Assembly: GCA_963719315.1 (NCBI GenBank)
Contig: CAVRBU010000017.1
Span: 64,001 to 128,000, forward strand
Source of the DNA: an uncultured Planctomycetota bacterium
GTDB taxonomy: Bacteria > Planctomycetota > Planctomycetia > Pirellulales > Lacipirellulaceae
Length of the DNA stretch: 64,000 nucleotides
Direction of reading: 5' to 3'
In this document: positions 7,974 through 18,122 of the stretch, one piece after another
Numbering within the stretch: the first letter of the stretch is position 1
How the letters are laid out: each line of letters opens with the position of its first letter
Position numbers and translations under genes: made by a program
Notes under the pieces: generated by a model
Databases searched by the model: none
Told to the model about the DNA's origin: nothing
What the model saw: the letters and a program-made list of their open reading frames with translations, nothing else

Positions 7974-10310
7974 ATGCATTTCGAACATTCATACCAAACG
8001 ATGATCGATCTGCTCGCCGGGCAGGCAGCCGATCAAAGTGATCTAACAGCGTATGCGTACCTTGACGACCGCGACGGCGTGACCGAGATCACGTTCGGCG
8101 AGCTCGACCGCCGAGCCCGGCTCATCGCCGGCCGATTGCAGCTCGAATTGTCGCCCGGCGACCGGGCCCTGTTGGTTTATCCGGCAGGGCTCGAATTCAT
8201 TGCCGCTTTTTTTGGTTGCATGTACGCGGGCGTCGTTGCGGTTCCCTCGAACTATCCCAAGCCGAAGCGGCCCATGCCGCGACTGCAGCGGATCGCCCTC
8301 GATTGCGACGCACACATCGCGCTGTCCACGGCGCAAACGCTCACGACGCTCGATCCAGATTTGTTGTCTGCCGATGCCGCAACCAACCAGTGGATCGCCA
8401 CCGACGAGTTGAACCCGGAACTCGCCGATTTGTGGCAGCGGCCCGCAATCGACAAAAACGACCTCGCATTTTTGCAATACACGTCGGGCTCGACCAGCGA
8501 CCCGAAGGGTGTGATGGTTTCGCACGGCAACTTGCTGAACAACTTGGAATGTATCCGCCTGGCGTTCGGCCTGGGCGATGTGAGTGGGGATGTCGAATCG
8601 GCCACGGGTGTTATTTGGTTGCCCGCATACCACGACATGGGTCTGATCGGCGGCATCCTTACGCCGCTGTATATGGGCGGGCGGTGCGTGCTGATGTCGC
8701 CGACGTCGTTTCTGCAACGGCCCATGCGGTGGTTGCAGGCGATTCACGATTTCAAAGCGATCGTCAGCGGCGCACCGAATTTCGCGTACGAATACTGCGT
8801 ACGGCGGACGAGCGCCGAAGAACGAGCCACGCTCGATCTGAGTCATTTGCGGTTGGCGTTCTGCGGGGCGGAACCGATTCGCCCGGAAACGCTGACCCAT
8901 TTTGCCGATGCCTTTGCTTCGACGGGTTTCAAATTGAAGGTGTTCTACCCCTGCTACGGACTTGCCGAATCGACGCTGCTTGCGGCCGGGCCCGACTATC
9001 GCCAGGAGCCACTCATCCTGCCCGTCAATCGCGCCGAGTTGGCCCAGCATCGGGTCGTTCCGGCGTGCGGCGAACCGGATGCGATGATCCAGCGTCTCGT
9101 CAGTTGCGGCTCGCCGGTGCATGGCCACACGATCGTCATAGTCGAACCCGACAAGAGCACCGAAGTGGCCGACGACGAAGTCGGCGAAATCTTGATCCAA
9201 GGTCCGTCGGTTACTCAAGGTTACTGGCAGCGAGACGAAGAGACCGACCAGATGTTTCATGCTGAAGTGGCGGGTCGCGAAGGAAAGTTCTTGCGGACTG
9301 GCGACCTCGGTTTCTTCCGCGAGGGCGAGCTGTTCGTCACCGGGCGCGTGAAGGACGTGATCATCATTCGCGGCCGCAACCACTATCCGCAAGACATCGA
9401 ACAATCGGCCGAGGAAGCACATCAAGCCGTGCTGCCCGGGGCCGCGTTCGCGCTTGCCGATGAAGGCGGTGGCGAGCGGCTCGTGGTCGTCCATCAACTC
9501 GATCGCCAATATCGTGGCGCCGATCACCAGCAAATCATCCAGGCGATTCGCCGGGCGATCGTCGAACAGCACGAGCTCGATCCGTATGCGATCGTCCTGA
9601 TCCGGCAGACGTCGCTGCCCGTCACGTCCAGCGGAAAAGTGCAGCGCAACCTGTGCCGCGAGCAGTACCTGGCCGACGAGTTGAAAGTCGTTCACTCCTG
9701 GCTCAACCCGGCCATGCGGGCGGCGCCCAAGGCGGCGGCCGCCGACGAACGGCTCAACGTGCAGATTCACGGCGAGGGCGTTTCCGCCCAACAGATCGGA
9801 ATGGCCGCGACGGCAGTAGCGCCAGGCGCCGTCCAATCCAACGGCGCGGCAACCCGTGGAGGACTATCCACCAAGAGCCTGCGCAGCGGGCCGGCGAGCC
9901 CTGTCGAAGTGGACCGCGCCGCCGAGCAAATCGAGGAATGGCTGCTGAAGTGGCTGGTGAACCGGCTCAGCATGGACCCGGCCGACGTGGCCCGCGACCG
10001 GCCGTTTGCCGAGTTCGGCGTCGATTCGCTGGCGGCAGTCGAACTCAGCCAGGAACTCGAAGACGAATTCAAAGTGCCATTGCCGGCGATCGTGGCTTGG
10101 AACTATCCGACGCCGGCCGCGCTGGCTCGCTACCTCGCCGAGCAATCGCTGGGCGTCACCGAGCCGACCGCGCAGCCGGCCGTCGAAGTTAGCTCGAATG
10201 GCACGGTGCTTCCGCCCGCGCCGAACGAGGCGGAGCTGGCGGCGATTCTTGCCGAGATCGAAGGCTTGTCGGACGAAGAAGCGGCGCGGCTGTTGGCAGA
10301 AGAAAAGTAG
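7974..10310 (+). CDS. Fatty acyl-AMP ligase (FAAL) fused to an acyl carrier protein
   Basis: FLQYTSGSTSDPKGV, WLPAYHDMGLIG, CYGLAESTL, RTGDLG, RGRNHYPQDIE, TSSGKVQR; FAAL-type insertion before LVSCG; ACP serine in GVDSL; start could be TTG 7959. Confidence 0.92.
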   Translation: MHFEHSYQTMIDLLAGQAADQSDLTAYAYLDDRDGVTEITFGELDRRARLIAGRLQLELSPGDRALLVYPAGLEFIAAFFGCMYAGVVAVPSNYPKPKRPMPRLQRIALDCDAHIALSTAQTLTTLDPDLLSADAATNQWIATDELNPELADLWQRPAIDKNDLAFLQYTSGSTSDPKGVMVSHGNLLNNLECIRLAFGLGDVSGDVESATGVIWLPAYHDMGLIGGILTPLYMGGRCVLMSPTSFLQRPMRWLQAIHDFKAIVSGAPNFAYEYCVRRTSAEERATLDLSHLRLAFCGAEPIRPETLTHFADAFASTGFKLKVFYPCYGLAESTLLAAGPDYRQEPLILPVNRAELAQHRVVPACGEPDAMIQRLVSCGSPVHGHTIVIVEPDKSTEVADDEVGEILIQGPSVTQGYWQRDEETDQMFHAEVAGREGKFLRTGDLGFFREGELFVTGRVKDVIIIRGRNHYPQDIEQSAEEAHQAVLPGAAFALADEGGGERLVVVHQLDRQYRGADHQQIIQAIRRAIVEQHELDPYAIVLIRQTSLPVTSSGKVQRNLCREQYLADELKVVHSWLNPAMRAAPKAAAADERLNVQIHGEGVSAQQIGMAATAVAPGAVQSNGAATRGGLSTKSLRSGPASPVEVDRAAEQIEEWLLKWLVNRLSMDPADVARDRPFAEFGVDSLAAVELSQELEDEFKVPLPAIVAWNYPTPAALARYLAEQSLGVTEPTAQPAVEVSSNGTVLPPAPNEAELAAILAEIEGLSDEEAARLLAEEK

Positions 10311-10992
10311 GCGAGGAGTTGGAGTAGAGCGGTCGTGGAATCGTTCCGGTTGCTCGGCTCTCGATCCGAGTTTTGCTCGGTGCTCAACTTTTAAGCAGTG
10401 CCGTTCTCGGGGTTCAGCGCGTATTGCGCGGATGGGCTTGAACATCGCTCGTGCTAAGTTCCGTGCTGGCCAGGACTTCGAATTGTGCGCGACGACGAGA
10501 AATTTTTTTTCGCGTGCAAAAGTCAGGTATTTTGCACGGCTAAACGCGCGCGGCCGCTCGGCAAATCGTGGTAAAAACTGGCCGCAAAGGCGCGCAAAAG
10601 AGGCCTACTTTGCTTCTTAAAAAGCAGTTCCTTGTCAGCTTCTAGCGATTGGGGAGACGGAATTAGTCAAGGCACCTATCCGCGAGGAACGGCCCATCCT
10701 CGCCCGCAGCCGCCCCCTCTGGCTAACAGCTAATAGCTAACGGCTGATTCTTCCGAATTATCAAACAGCAAGCGCACGATGGCAGGATCGAACGTAGCAG
10801 ATTGTGGGGCCAATTTCAGCAAGAATTTTTGGCCGGGGCAAAAACGCTGGAACGAGCAATTATCCCTTGCCTTCTGCAGAAAGTGTGGCACACTCGACTG
10901 AACCATACACGCAAAGATTCGTGTGTTGTGCATGCCGTAGTGCGCGATGAGGGCAATTGGAGGCCAACGAAACAATTTCAGAACAACTGCGT

Positions 10993-12998
10993 ATGTCGGA
11001 TCCATCTCACCCATCTGTTGCTTCTTCTCGAGCTTGGTATAGCGCCACCATTACGGAGTTTCTGGAAGCAACGTCCGATGCAATCATCGGAAGACTCACG
11101 ACAAACTGCGGTTTTTCGCTGCTTCCAACTCAACGGGATGCTTGGTTAGCACAGGTGCAGTTTCTGCAGGAAAGCTTACGTGGCCTGGAAGGTTATCTAT
11201 TGATGGAATTTGCGATACCACGAATGGGTCGGCGGATTGACGTAGTACTATTAATTGGACCGGTTGCTTTCGCGATCGAATTCAAGGTAGGGGAATCGGT
11301 TTTTGAGCGTTCTGCAATCGAACAGGTGTGGGACTACGCGCTGGATCTAAAAAACTTTCACGAAGCTAGCCACGAAGTTTCGATTGTTCCCATACTGATT
11401 GCAACTGGTGCTGAAGCAACAACATCGCAGATTGGATTGCAAAGCGACAATGATAATGTTTACCGTCCGATTTTGGTACTTACTGCACACTTTCGCAATA
11501 CAATTGACCACGCTTTGAAGAGTATTAGCGGCGATCGGATCGATGCAAACCACTGGGCAGGAGCGTCGTATCACCCGACACCGACCATCATTGAAGCTGC
11601 CCGAGCACTATATGCCCAACACTCGGTAGAAGCCATCGCTCGATACGATGCGGGAGCCAAGAATCTAAAAATTACATCGGTGCGTATCGAAGAGCTTGTA
11701 GACAAGGCTCGGGAGCAGAAGCGTAAGATTATTTGCTTTGTCACAGGTGTACCTGGAGCTGGAAAAACGCTAGTCGGGTTGAATGTGGCCACTCAAAGAC
11801 GTGAGATCGATCAGCCAACCCACGCTGTATTTCTTTCAGGAAACGGGCCACTCGTCGCTGTGCTTCGGGAGGCACTTACACGGGACGAAGTTGCTCGGCG
11901 GCGAGTTTCAGGCAATCGAACGCGCAAAGCAGAAGTCGGGGAGAGCGTCAAGGCTTTTATTCAAAACGTCCATAATTTCCGAGATGATCTTTTACTGGAC
12001 AACCGAGCGCCCGTCGAACACGTCGCCATTTTCGATGAGGCGCAACGGGCCTGGAATTTGCAGCAAACTTCAAACTTCATGCGACGAAAGAAGAACTACG
12101 TCGGGTTTTCGCAATCTGAGCCGGAGTTCCTGATTTCATGCATGGACCGCCACGAAGATTGGGCCGTAGTCGTGTGCCTTGTCGGGGGCGGGCAGGAGAT
12201 CAACACGGGTGAGTCTGGAATCGATTCATGGATTGATGCCATCTGTTCTCGATTTCCGGATTGGCACATGCACATTTCATCGAGACTTACGGACGCCGAA
12301 TATGGATCGGGCCGAGCCCTGGGAACAGTGCGCAAGAGGCCACATACACATTTTGACGATTCGCTTCATCTCGCTGTTTCCATGAGATCGTTTCGAGCAG
12401 AAAACGTGTCCGCATTCGTAAAGGCAATGCTTGATTGCAATAAAGCAGACGCACAACAAACATTCAAGCAACTTGCCGACCGTTTCCCCATCGCGATCTG
12501 TCGTGATTTGCGACGCGCAAAGCAATGGATTCTCGACCATGCGCGGGGGAGTGAGCGTTATGGTTTGGTTGCTTCGTCGAAAGCCCACCGTCTGAAACCT
12601 GACGCGATTGACATACGCGTTGATGTAAATCCTGTGCACTGGTTTCTGAACGACAGGGACGATACTCGATCAAGTTATTACCTTGAAGATGCCGCGACGG
12701 AATTTCAGGTGCAAGGACTGGAACTTGATTGGGCATGTGTGGCTTGGGATGGTGATCTGCGATTCGATGACCCCGGCTGGAAGTACCATTATTTTCGCGG
12801 TGATCGATGGTGCAGGATATCAAACAGCGATAACCAGCGTTTTCTCTGTAATGCATATCGAGTATTACTTACGCGCGCCGACAAGGGATGGTCATTTATC
12901 TACCCACCGGCGAAGGGAGTGACGCAACAAGATTGCCGAGTATCTATGACGCAACATTTCAATATCTAACGGAACTCGGGATACCGGTCGTCAATTAA
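10993..12998 (+). CDS. DUF2075 (Schlafen group 3-like) helicase with N-terminal PD-(D/E)xK-like nuclease region; 1-nt frameshift near 12878
   Basis: RRIDVVLL...IEFK; Walker A GVPGAGKT; FDEAQRAW; GGGQEIN; EFQVQGLELD; NAYRVLLTRA continues as RQGMVIY...LGIPVVN* in the shifted frame to TAA 12996-12998. Confidence 0.85.
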
Positions 12999-13034
12999 CT
13001 TGGCAACGTTTTTACGTGGTGACATGCACGATCG

Positions 13035-13104
13035 GCGACCAGCGGTCGCGGCTTTATGGGGGTGGGGTTATGATTGGCATGCCGCGGAAGTTGGGGTATC
13101 ACGT
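13035..13104 (+). repeat. Partial duplicate of the RAYT 5' end (REP arm + leader + first 9 codons MPRKLGYHV)
   Basis: Near-identical to 14120-14191. Confidence 0.85.
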
Positions 13105-13336
13105 CGGAGCGAGGAGCCTGGAGCAGAGCCCGAAGTGAAAGTCGCAGCTAGCCGAGTCGGTCCAATTCGAGGCCGAACGTGGCGATTGCGGGGTTGGCGC
13201 TATTTCGATGTCACCATTTCCAACACGATCGTGCCGTCGGTGGATTTAGTCCGCTTTGCCTTTATCGGTTTCGTCTTTTCAGAGCGGACGGCAAGCTCGC
13301 CAACTGAGACACAGAAGGAACTGCAGGACTACGGCA

Positions 13337-13726
13337 TCACTGATCAGTTGCGAGGCGGACGCGTTGTCGTTCGTCGTCGTTGATGTTGAGGACGCGGATT
13401 GTTGCGCGGCCGGTGGAGGTCAATCCTACAAGTATCGTGCCTTGCCAGACGAAATGGTCGCTCCACGGTTGTGACCGGGGATTGAAGAGCGGCACGGTAT
13501 GTCCCGTGGTGGGGTCGATTCCAGCCAGATTACTTGATTTGGCCAGGTCGCAGTCGATGCGGGCCAATGCAAGATTCTGATCATCATCGCCGCCACCGTG
13601 CTTGCGGGGAATGATGTGTTCAAGCTAAAGCTTTGCTACCGGCGAGAGTTCTTGTGGCAGGCCGCAATACTCGCACTTATTGCCCGCTCGCTGTCGAACA
13701 AACTCGCGCGTGCGACGGTCCATCAT
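13337..13726 (-). pseudogene. HNH endonuclease (putative toxin), inactivated
   Basis: MDRRTREFVRQRAGNKCEYC...KL*LEHIIPRKHGG...LALARIDCDLAK...LFNPRSQPWSDHF; in-frame TAG at 13625-13627; second CxxC-N motif reads RxxC-D. Confidence 0.85.
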
Positions 13727-13986
13727 GAATTGGCCGAGATTCTACGACGGGCCTGTGCTTGTATAATGGCCACGAACCGATTCGCATGGATGTAGCCTTC
13801 GTATTCCGCCCGCTCCTCGTTAGAGAGTTCAACTTCATTGGCTTTATCAGCGAGCTGCGAGATGCGTTGCTGGAGTTCCTGATCGGCGTGGTAGTCGGCG
13901 ATCTGGTGAACTTGTTCGGTGGTGAGGATGCCGAAGATGGGTTGCGTGGCGCGGTCGAAAGCCGAGTTGTCGATCGTGGTACTCAT
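13723..13986 (-). CDS. Small helical protein translationally coupled to the HNH gene (putative antitoxin)
   Basis: 87 aa, LADKANEVELSNEERAEYEGY motif; stop overlaps the HNH start (ATGATG). Confidence 0.7.
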   Translation of the reverse strand: MSTTIDNSAFDRATQPIFGILTTEQVHQIADYHADQELQQRISQLADKANEVELSNEERAEYEGYIHANRFVAIIQAQARRRISANS

Positions 13987-14046
13987 ACTTGTAGTATACT
14001 ACCATGCAATAAATGAGCCATATCGCGTTCGACATGGTGGCGCCCT

Positions 14047-14143
14047 CGACCGGTGGTCGCGGATTGTGCGTCGCGCCATGAGAAGTCGCGGCGATTTCAA
14101 GTGGCGTTGGGCCGTTTCCGCGACCGGCGGTCGCGGCTTTATG
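14047..14143. repeat. REPIN copy 1 upstream of RAYT
   Basis: cgaccggtggtcgcgga...tccgcgaccggcggtcgcggctttatg; 97 bp with 4 mismatches to 14711-14807. Confidence 0.9.
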
Positions 14144-14165
14144 GGGGTGGGGTTATGATTGTGGA

Positions 14166-14843
14166 ATGCCGCGGACGTTGGGGTATCACGTTGTGATTTC
14201 GGGGTACGGGCTGTGGTTGCCAGGGGATGAGCGCGGGCATTGGTCCGAAGCTTGGGATGAGGAACTCGGGTTTATCGATCCGCACAAGTTGCATGCGGGC
14301 GATCCAGTGCGGCGGCGGATGGCGGAGGAGCGGCAGAAGCATCCGCCGGTGAGGCTCGATTCGGCAATGCAATTGGTTGTGGTCGATACAATTGCGCGGT
14401 GCCGGGGCGAATCGGATTGGCGGATTGCGGCTGCTTCCATCGAGGCGACGCATACGTATTTATTGATGACGTACTCGGAGCGCGATATCGATAGTACGGT
14501 CAAGTGGCTAAAGGATCAGATGACGAAGGCGATTCACCGGGAGACATCGCACGCCGGGCCGGTGTGGTGCAAGGGGCGGTGGCGATCGTATTTGTTCGAG
14601 CCGGATGTGTGGCGGAATACGCGGTTGTATATCGAGCGTCACAACGAACGGCGTGGTGTGGGGCCGCGACCGTATGCGTATATCGAAAGCGTGGCCGATC
14701 CACAAAGCCGCGACCGGTGGTCGCGGATTGTGCGTCGCGCCATGAGAAGTCGCGGCGATTTCAAGTGGCGTTGCGGTGGTTCCGCGACCGGCGGTCGCGG
14801 CTTTATGTCAATCGATTTCTTTGGAGTTAATCCAGCTCATTAG
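14166..14843 (+). mobile_element. REP-associated tyrosine transposase (RAYT, IS200/Y1 HUH family)
   Basis: YHVVISGYGLWLPGDERG N-terminus, HUH position reads HTY, VWCKG, YIERHN catalytic Tyr; flanked by REPINs; the ORF tail beyond ~14700 is translated REPIN. Confidence 0.8.
14701..14807. repeat. REPIN copy 2 downstream of RAYT (complete arms)
   Basis: cacaaagccgcgaccggtggtcgcgga ... tccgcgaccggcggtcgcggctttatg. Confidence 0.9.
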
Positions 14844-15815
14844 TTGGCGGAGTTTGCGGCCGGTGACTTCGACGGGATGGTTCTTGTCTTTTTCGCGGAG
14901 CGCTTTGAATTTGGCGCCGCCGGACTTGGCTTCGGCGATCCATTCTTTGGCGAACGTGCCGTCTTGCACTTCTTTGAGGATCCGTTTCATCTCCTGTTTG
15001 GTTTCTTCGGTGATGATCCGCGGGCCGCGGGTGTAGTCGCCGTATTCGGCGGTGTTGCTGACGCTATAGCGCATGTAATTGAGGCCGCCCTGGTAGAACA
15101 GGTCGACGATCAGCTTCAGCTCGTGCATGCACTCGAAAAACGCCATTTCGGGCTGGTATCCGGCTTCGACGAGCGTTTCGAAGCCGGCCTTCACGAGGGC
15201 GCTCACGCCGCCGCAGAGGACGACTTGCTCGCCGAACAAGTCGGTTTCGGTCTCCTCGGCGATTGTGGTGCGGATGACGCCGCCGCGGGTGCCGCCGATA
15301 GCTTTGGCGTAGGCCAGGCCGACCTTGAACGTGGTGTCGCTAGCGCCTTCGCTCATGGCGATCAGGCAGGGCACTCCGCCGCCGGCGACGAATTCGCTTC
15401 GGACAAGGTGGCCGGGGCCCTTCGGCGCAACGAGCAACGCATCCACGCCGGCGGGTGGCTTGATGAAGCCGAAGTGGATGTTGAAGCCGTGCGAGCACAT
15501 AAGGATGTCGCCGGGCTTCAGGTTGGGTTTGATTTCTTTTTCGTAGAGGTCGCCTTGCAGCTCGTCGGGGACGAGGATGTTGATGACGTCGGCCTGCTTC
15601 GTGGCGTCGGCGGCACTCATCGGCTTAAAGCCGTGGCTGATCGCAAGGTCGTAATTCTTGCCGCCCGGGCGCTGGCCGACGATGACGTTCACGCCGCTGT
15701 CGCGGAGGTTTTGGGCTTGGGCGTGGCCTTGCGAGCCGTAGCCGATGATCGCGACCGTCTTGCCTTTGAGGGCCGACATGTCGGCGTCTTTGTCGTAGTA
15801 AATGGTGGCTGGCAT
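14808..15815 (-). CDS. ilvC: Ketol-acid reductoisomerase
   Basis: [53 protein letters not shown]. Confidence 0.97.
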   Translation of the reverse strand: MPATIYYDKDADMSALKGKTVAIIGYGSQGHAQAQNLRDSGVNVIVGQRPGGKNYDLAISHGFKPMSAADATKQADVINILVPDELQGDLYEKEIKPNLKPGDILMCSHGFNIHFGFIKPPAGVDALLVAPKGPGHLVRSEFVAGGGVPCLIAMSEGASDTTFKVGLAYAKAIGGTRGGVIRTTIAEETETDLFGEQVVLCGGVSALVKAGFETLVEAGYQPEMAFFECMHELKLIVDLFYQGGLNYMRYSVSNTAEYGDYTRGPRIITEETKQEMKRILKEVQDGTFAKEWIAEAKSGGAKFKALREKDKNHPVEVTGRKLRQLMSWINSKEID

Positions 15816-15833
15816 GATTGCTCCGAACGAATT

Positions 15834-16008
15834 CACCTCGGAGACACGGGGAGCACGGAGAATAAAAAAAGGGAACACCAATCAGCACTAAGAACCGCCG
15901 ATCTTTTACTATCACAATTCGTTAAAAATATGAACTTCGTTCAATTAGTGATAAATAGCGTTGATTAGTGTTCCAGGCTTTCTCCGTGCTCTCCTTGTCT
16001 CCGTGGTT
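15834..16008. repeat. Two nested 9-nt-unit hairpins (outer CACGGAGA-type, inner ACACTAATC-type)
   Basis: Outer ggagacacggggagcacggagaa / ttctccgtgctctccttgtctccgtgg; inner ggaacaccaatcagcactaa / ttagtg...ttgattagtgttcc. Confidence 0.7.
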
Positions 16009-16031
16009 AATTAATTTGAATTGTTGATTAA

Positions 16032-16948
16032 GGACCTATCCCAAAATTCCACATCGCCTTAAGGCGATGAGGGCGAATTGTAGATGAACGAACCCAAGAT
16101 AGTTAGCCGCCTTCTTTTCCCAACGGATCAGGAGCCTGCGGGCGCGGTTGGTCCAAGAATGCGCGGCTTCGACAACCCAGCGTCGAGCTTTGTGGCCGGC
16201 GCGACAGCGACGCTGCTCCTCGCCACGGCAGCGGATGTGAGGCACGTACCCGAAACGATTCGCCGTAGCTGTCGACGGTTCGCCAAAGTATCCCTTGTCG
16301 AGACACAGGTGCTGCTTGCGCCACGGCTGGGTCGTCGAATCGGGATGGAGCGAAGCGTGTCGCGCAGAAGACGTTGGTCGTGAGCATTGGCGCCGTCAAT
16401 CGCGACGCCCAGAGGAACGCCGCGGGCGTCGGTCAAGACCGATCGCTTGACTCCGAGCTTACCTCGATCGGTGGGGTTTTTCCCGGTTTTTTTCCCCTCC
16501 CAGCGGCGACTTAGTTGTCGCGCCGTCCACCGACTGCCAGCGCCAAGCGATGCCGCGCTTCTGATCGTACTTCCCCAGCGCCCGTTTCCAAAACCGTTGC
16601 CAAATACCCAGGCGAGTCCACTCTTGGAAATAGCGATGAACGGTACTGGGGCTGCCAAATTGTGGCGGCAGCGCCTTCCACTGGCAGCCGGTGCGCAACA
16701 GATAAAGAATGCCGCTGGCAACGGCGCAGATTCGCGCGGGGTCGCCCAACCTTCGTGGATCGCGGATACTTCGGCAGCAAGGGTTCAAGCTGCCGCCAAA
16801 GCTTTTCGGGCATCCAAGCAAATTTGCCCTGCCAATCGCAGTGCATGTACACCTCCGTGCAAGCAAAGACGAGATTCGAACGGAAACCATTCCTCACCTT
16901 TTCCTACGCACGGAAATAACACCCGTTCACGTATTTTGGGATAGGTCC
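16032..16948 (-). mobile_element. IS5-family insertion sequence, 917 bp; transposase split over several frames
   Basis: Perfect 16-bp TIRs GGACCTATCCCAAAAT; TAA target duplication (16029-16031, 16949-16951); ILYLLRTGCQWKALP, NPTDRGKLGVKRSVLTDARGVPL, RWVVEAAHSW, RLLIRWEKK; slippery GGGGAAAAAAA plus two extra shifts near 16725 and 16315. Confidence 0.95.
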
Positions 16949-17478
16949 TAAGCGTCGGCGGCATACTTTCGCAGGCCGCCGGTGTTGCCGCTGTTGCGGC
17001 GGTCGATACTGCGGACCATGGCGATTCGGCCGGTTCGCACCAGTTCGACGATGCCGAACGGCCGCATCAGGTCGATGAACGCCTCGATCTTTTTTTCCTG
17101 GCCGGCGATTTCGACGGTGACCTGCTCGGGCGCGACGTCGACGATTCGGCCGCGAAAGATTTCGGTGAGCTCGCGGATTTCGGCCCGTTGGCCCGCCTTC
17201 ATGCGGACTTTGATCAACATCAGGTCGCGTTCGACGTGGTCGTGCGAACTGACATCGTCAACGCGCACGACGGTGACGATTTTTTCGAGTTGCTTGCGGA
17301 CCTGTTCGAGCACGCTGTCATCGCCGACGACGACGAAGGTCATCCGCGAGAGCCGCGGATCTTCGGTTTCGCCGACGGCGAGGCTATCGATATTGAATCC
17401 GCGCGAGGCGAACATTCCGGCCACATGGGCCAGCACGCCGGGGACGTTTTGGACGGTGGCGGAGAGGACGTGACGCAT
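16948..17478 (-). CDS. ilvN: Acetolactate synthase small (regulatory) subunit
   Basis: VQNVPGVLAHVAGMFASRGFNIDSLAVG ACT domain, ERDLMLIKV, ELVRTG. Confidence 0.95.
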   Translation of the reverse strand: MRHVLSATVQNVPGVLAHVAGMFASRGFNIDSLAVGETEDPRLSRMTFVVVGDDSVLEQVRKQLEKIVTVVRVDDVSSHDHVERDLMLIKVRMKAGQRAEIRELTEIFRGRIVDVAPEQVTVEIAGQEKKIEAFIDLMRPFGIVELVRTGRIAMVRSIDRRNSGNTGGLRKYAADA

Positions 17479-17529
17479 GGGGGAGGATGCAGGATGGAGG
17501 ATGGAGGATGCGGGGGGCCGGGCAAGCCA

Positions 17530-17564
17530 CCCTCACCCCGGCCCTCTCCCCGAGGGAGAGGGAG
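17530..17564. repeat. CCCTCACCCC-type palindromic repeat, preceded by (GGATGGA)n heptamers at ~17484-17510
   Basis: ccctcaccccggccctctccccgagggagagggag; a relative occurs at 31150. Confidence 0.7.
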
Positions 17565-17687
17565 AGTTGGAAATGGGGAAACCTCGATAATATCTGTCGA
17601 GGGACGCGAGAGCAACTGGCGAGGTTCGGGGAGCGGGCCTGATTTGGCCCACTGCGAAGTCATACAAGGCCAGTTATTTGGCCTAAC

Positions 17688-18122
17688 CTACGTCGCTTCA
17701 GGCAGGATCGTTAAAGACGTTTCGGCCGAGGTGCGGAATACGGAAAAATCGCGGCGGTCGAGCGTGAATACGTGTTCGATTTTTTCGCGGTCTGCCAAGT
17801 GCATGAGAGCCGCATCGGCGAAATCCAGACAGAGGTTTTGGTATTTGAAGATTAAGCGGTCAATGGGTCCGATGTCCGCATTGTCGAGTGGCAGCAGAGT
17901 ATACACACTATCGCGGCATGCGGCCAGCAAATGGTGAACGAGGTGGGAGTCGTAGCGATTGAGCAGATAGCATGCCTCTGTGATCACTGGCAGGCAGGTA
18001 AAGAGCGAGCCGGGTAGATCGCGAGCTTGATCCCGACATGCTTCGTACCGCGCATCTCGGCGGTCGAACAGTGCAACAAGTGGTCCGGTGTCAATCAGGA
18101 CTCTTTGGGTGGCGAGACTCAC
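17688..18122 (-). CDS. vapC: PIN-domain (VapC-type) toxin
   Basis: VLIDTGPLVA, VITEACY, LDFADA and VFTLDRRDF acidic tetrad. Confidence 0.9.
   Translation of the reverse strand: MSLATQRVLIDTGPLVALFDRRDARYEACRDQARDLPGSLFTCLPVITEACYLLNRYDSHLVHHLLAACRDSVYTLLPLDNADIGPIDRLIFKYQNLCLDFADAALMHLADREKIEHVFTLDRRDFSVFRTSAETSLTILPEAT

Noticed and set aside
8043..9836. Long antisense ORFs (also 14844-15968, 28953-30362 and 54495-55490) and the alternate-frame ORF 21163-22593
   Set aside because: Shadows of well-supported genes in GC-rich DNA, with no recognisable motifs
13625..13627. TAG recoding (pyrrolysine or read-through) in the HNH gene
   Set aside because: Other key residues are also mutated, and TAG is used as a normal stop elsewhere in the window
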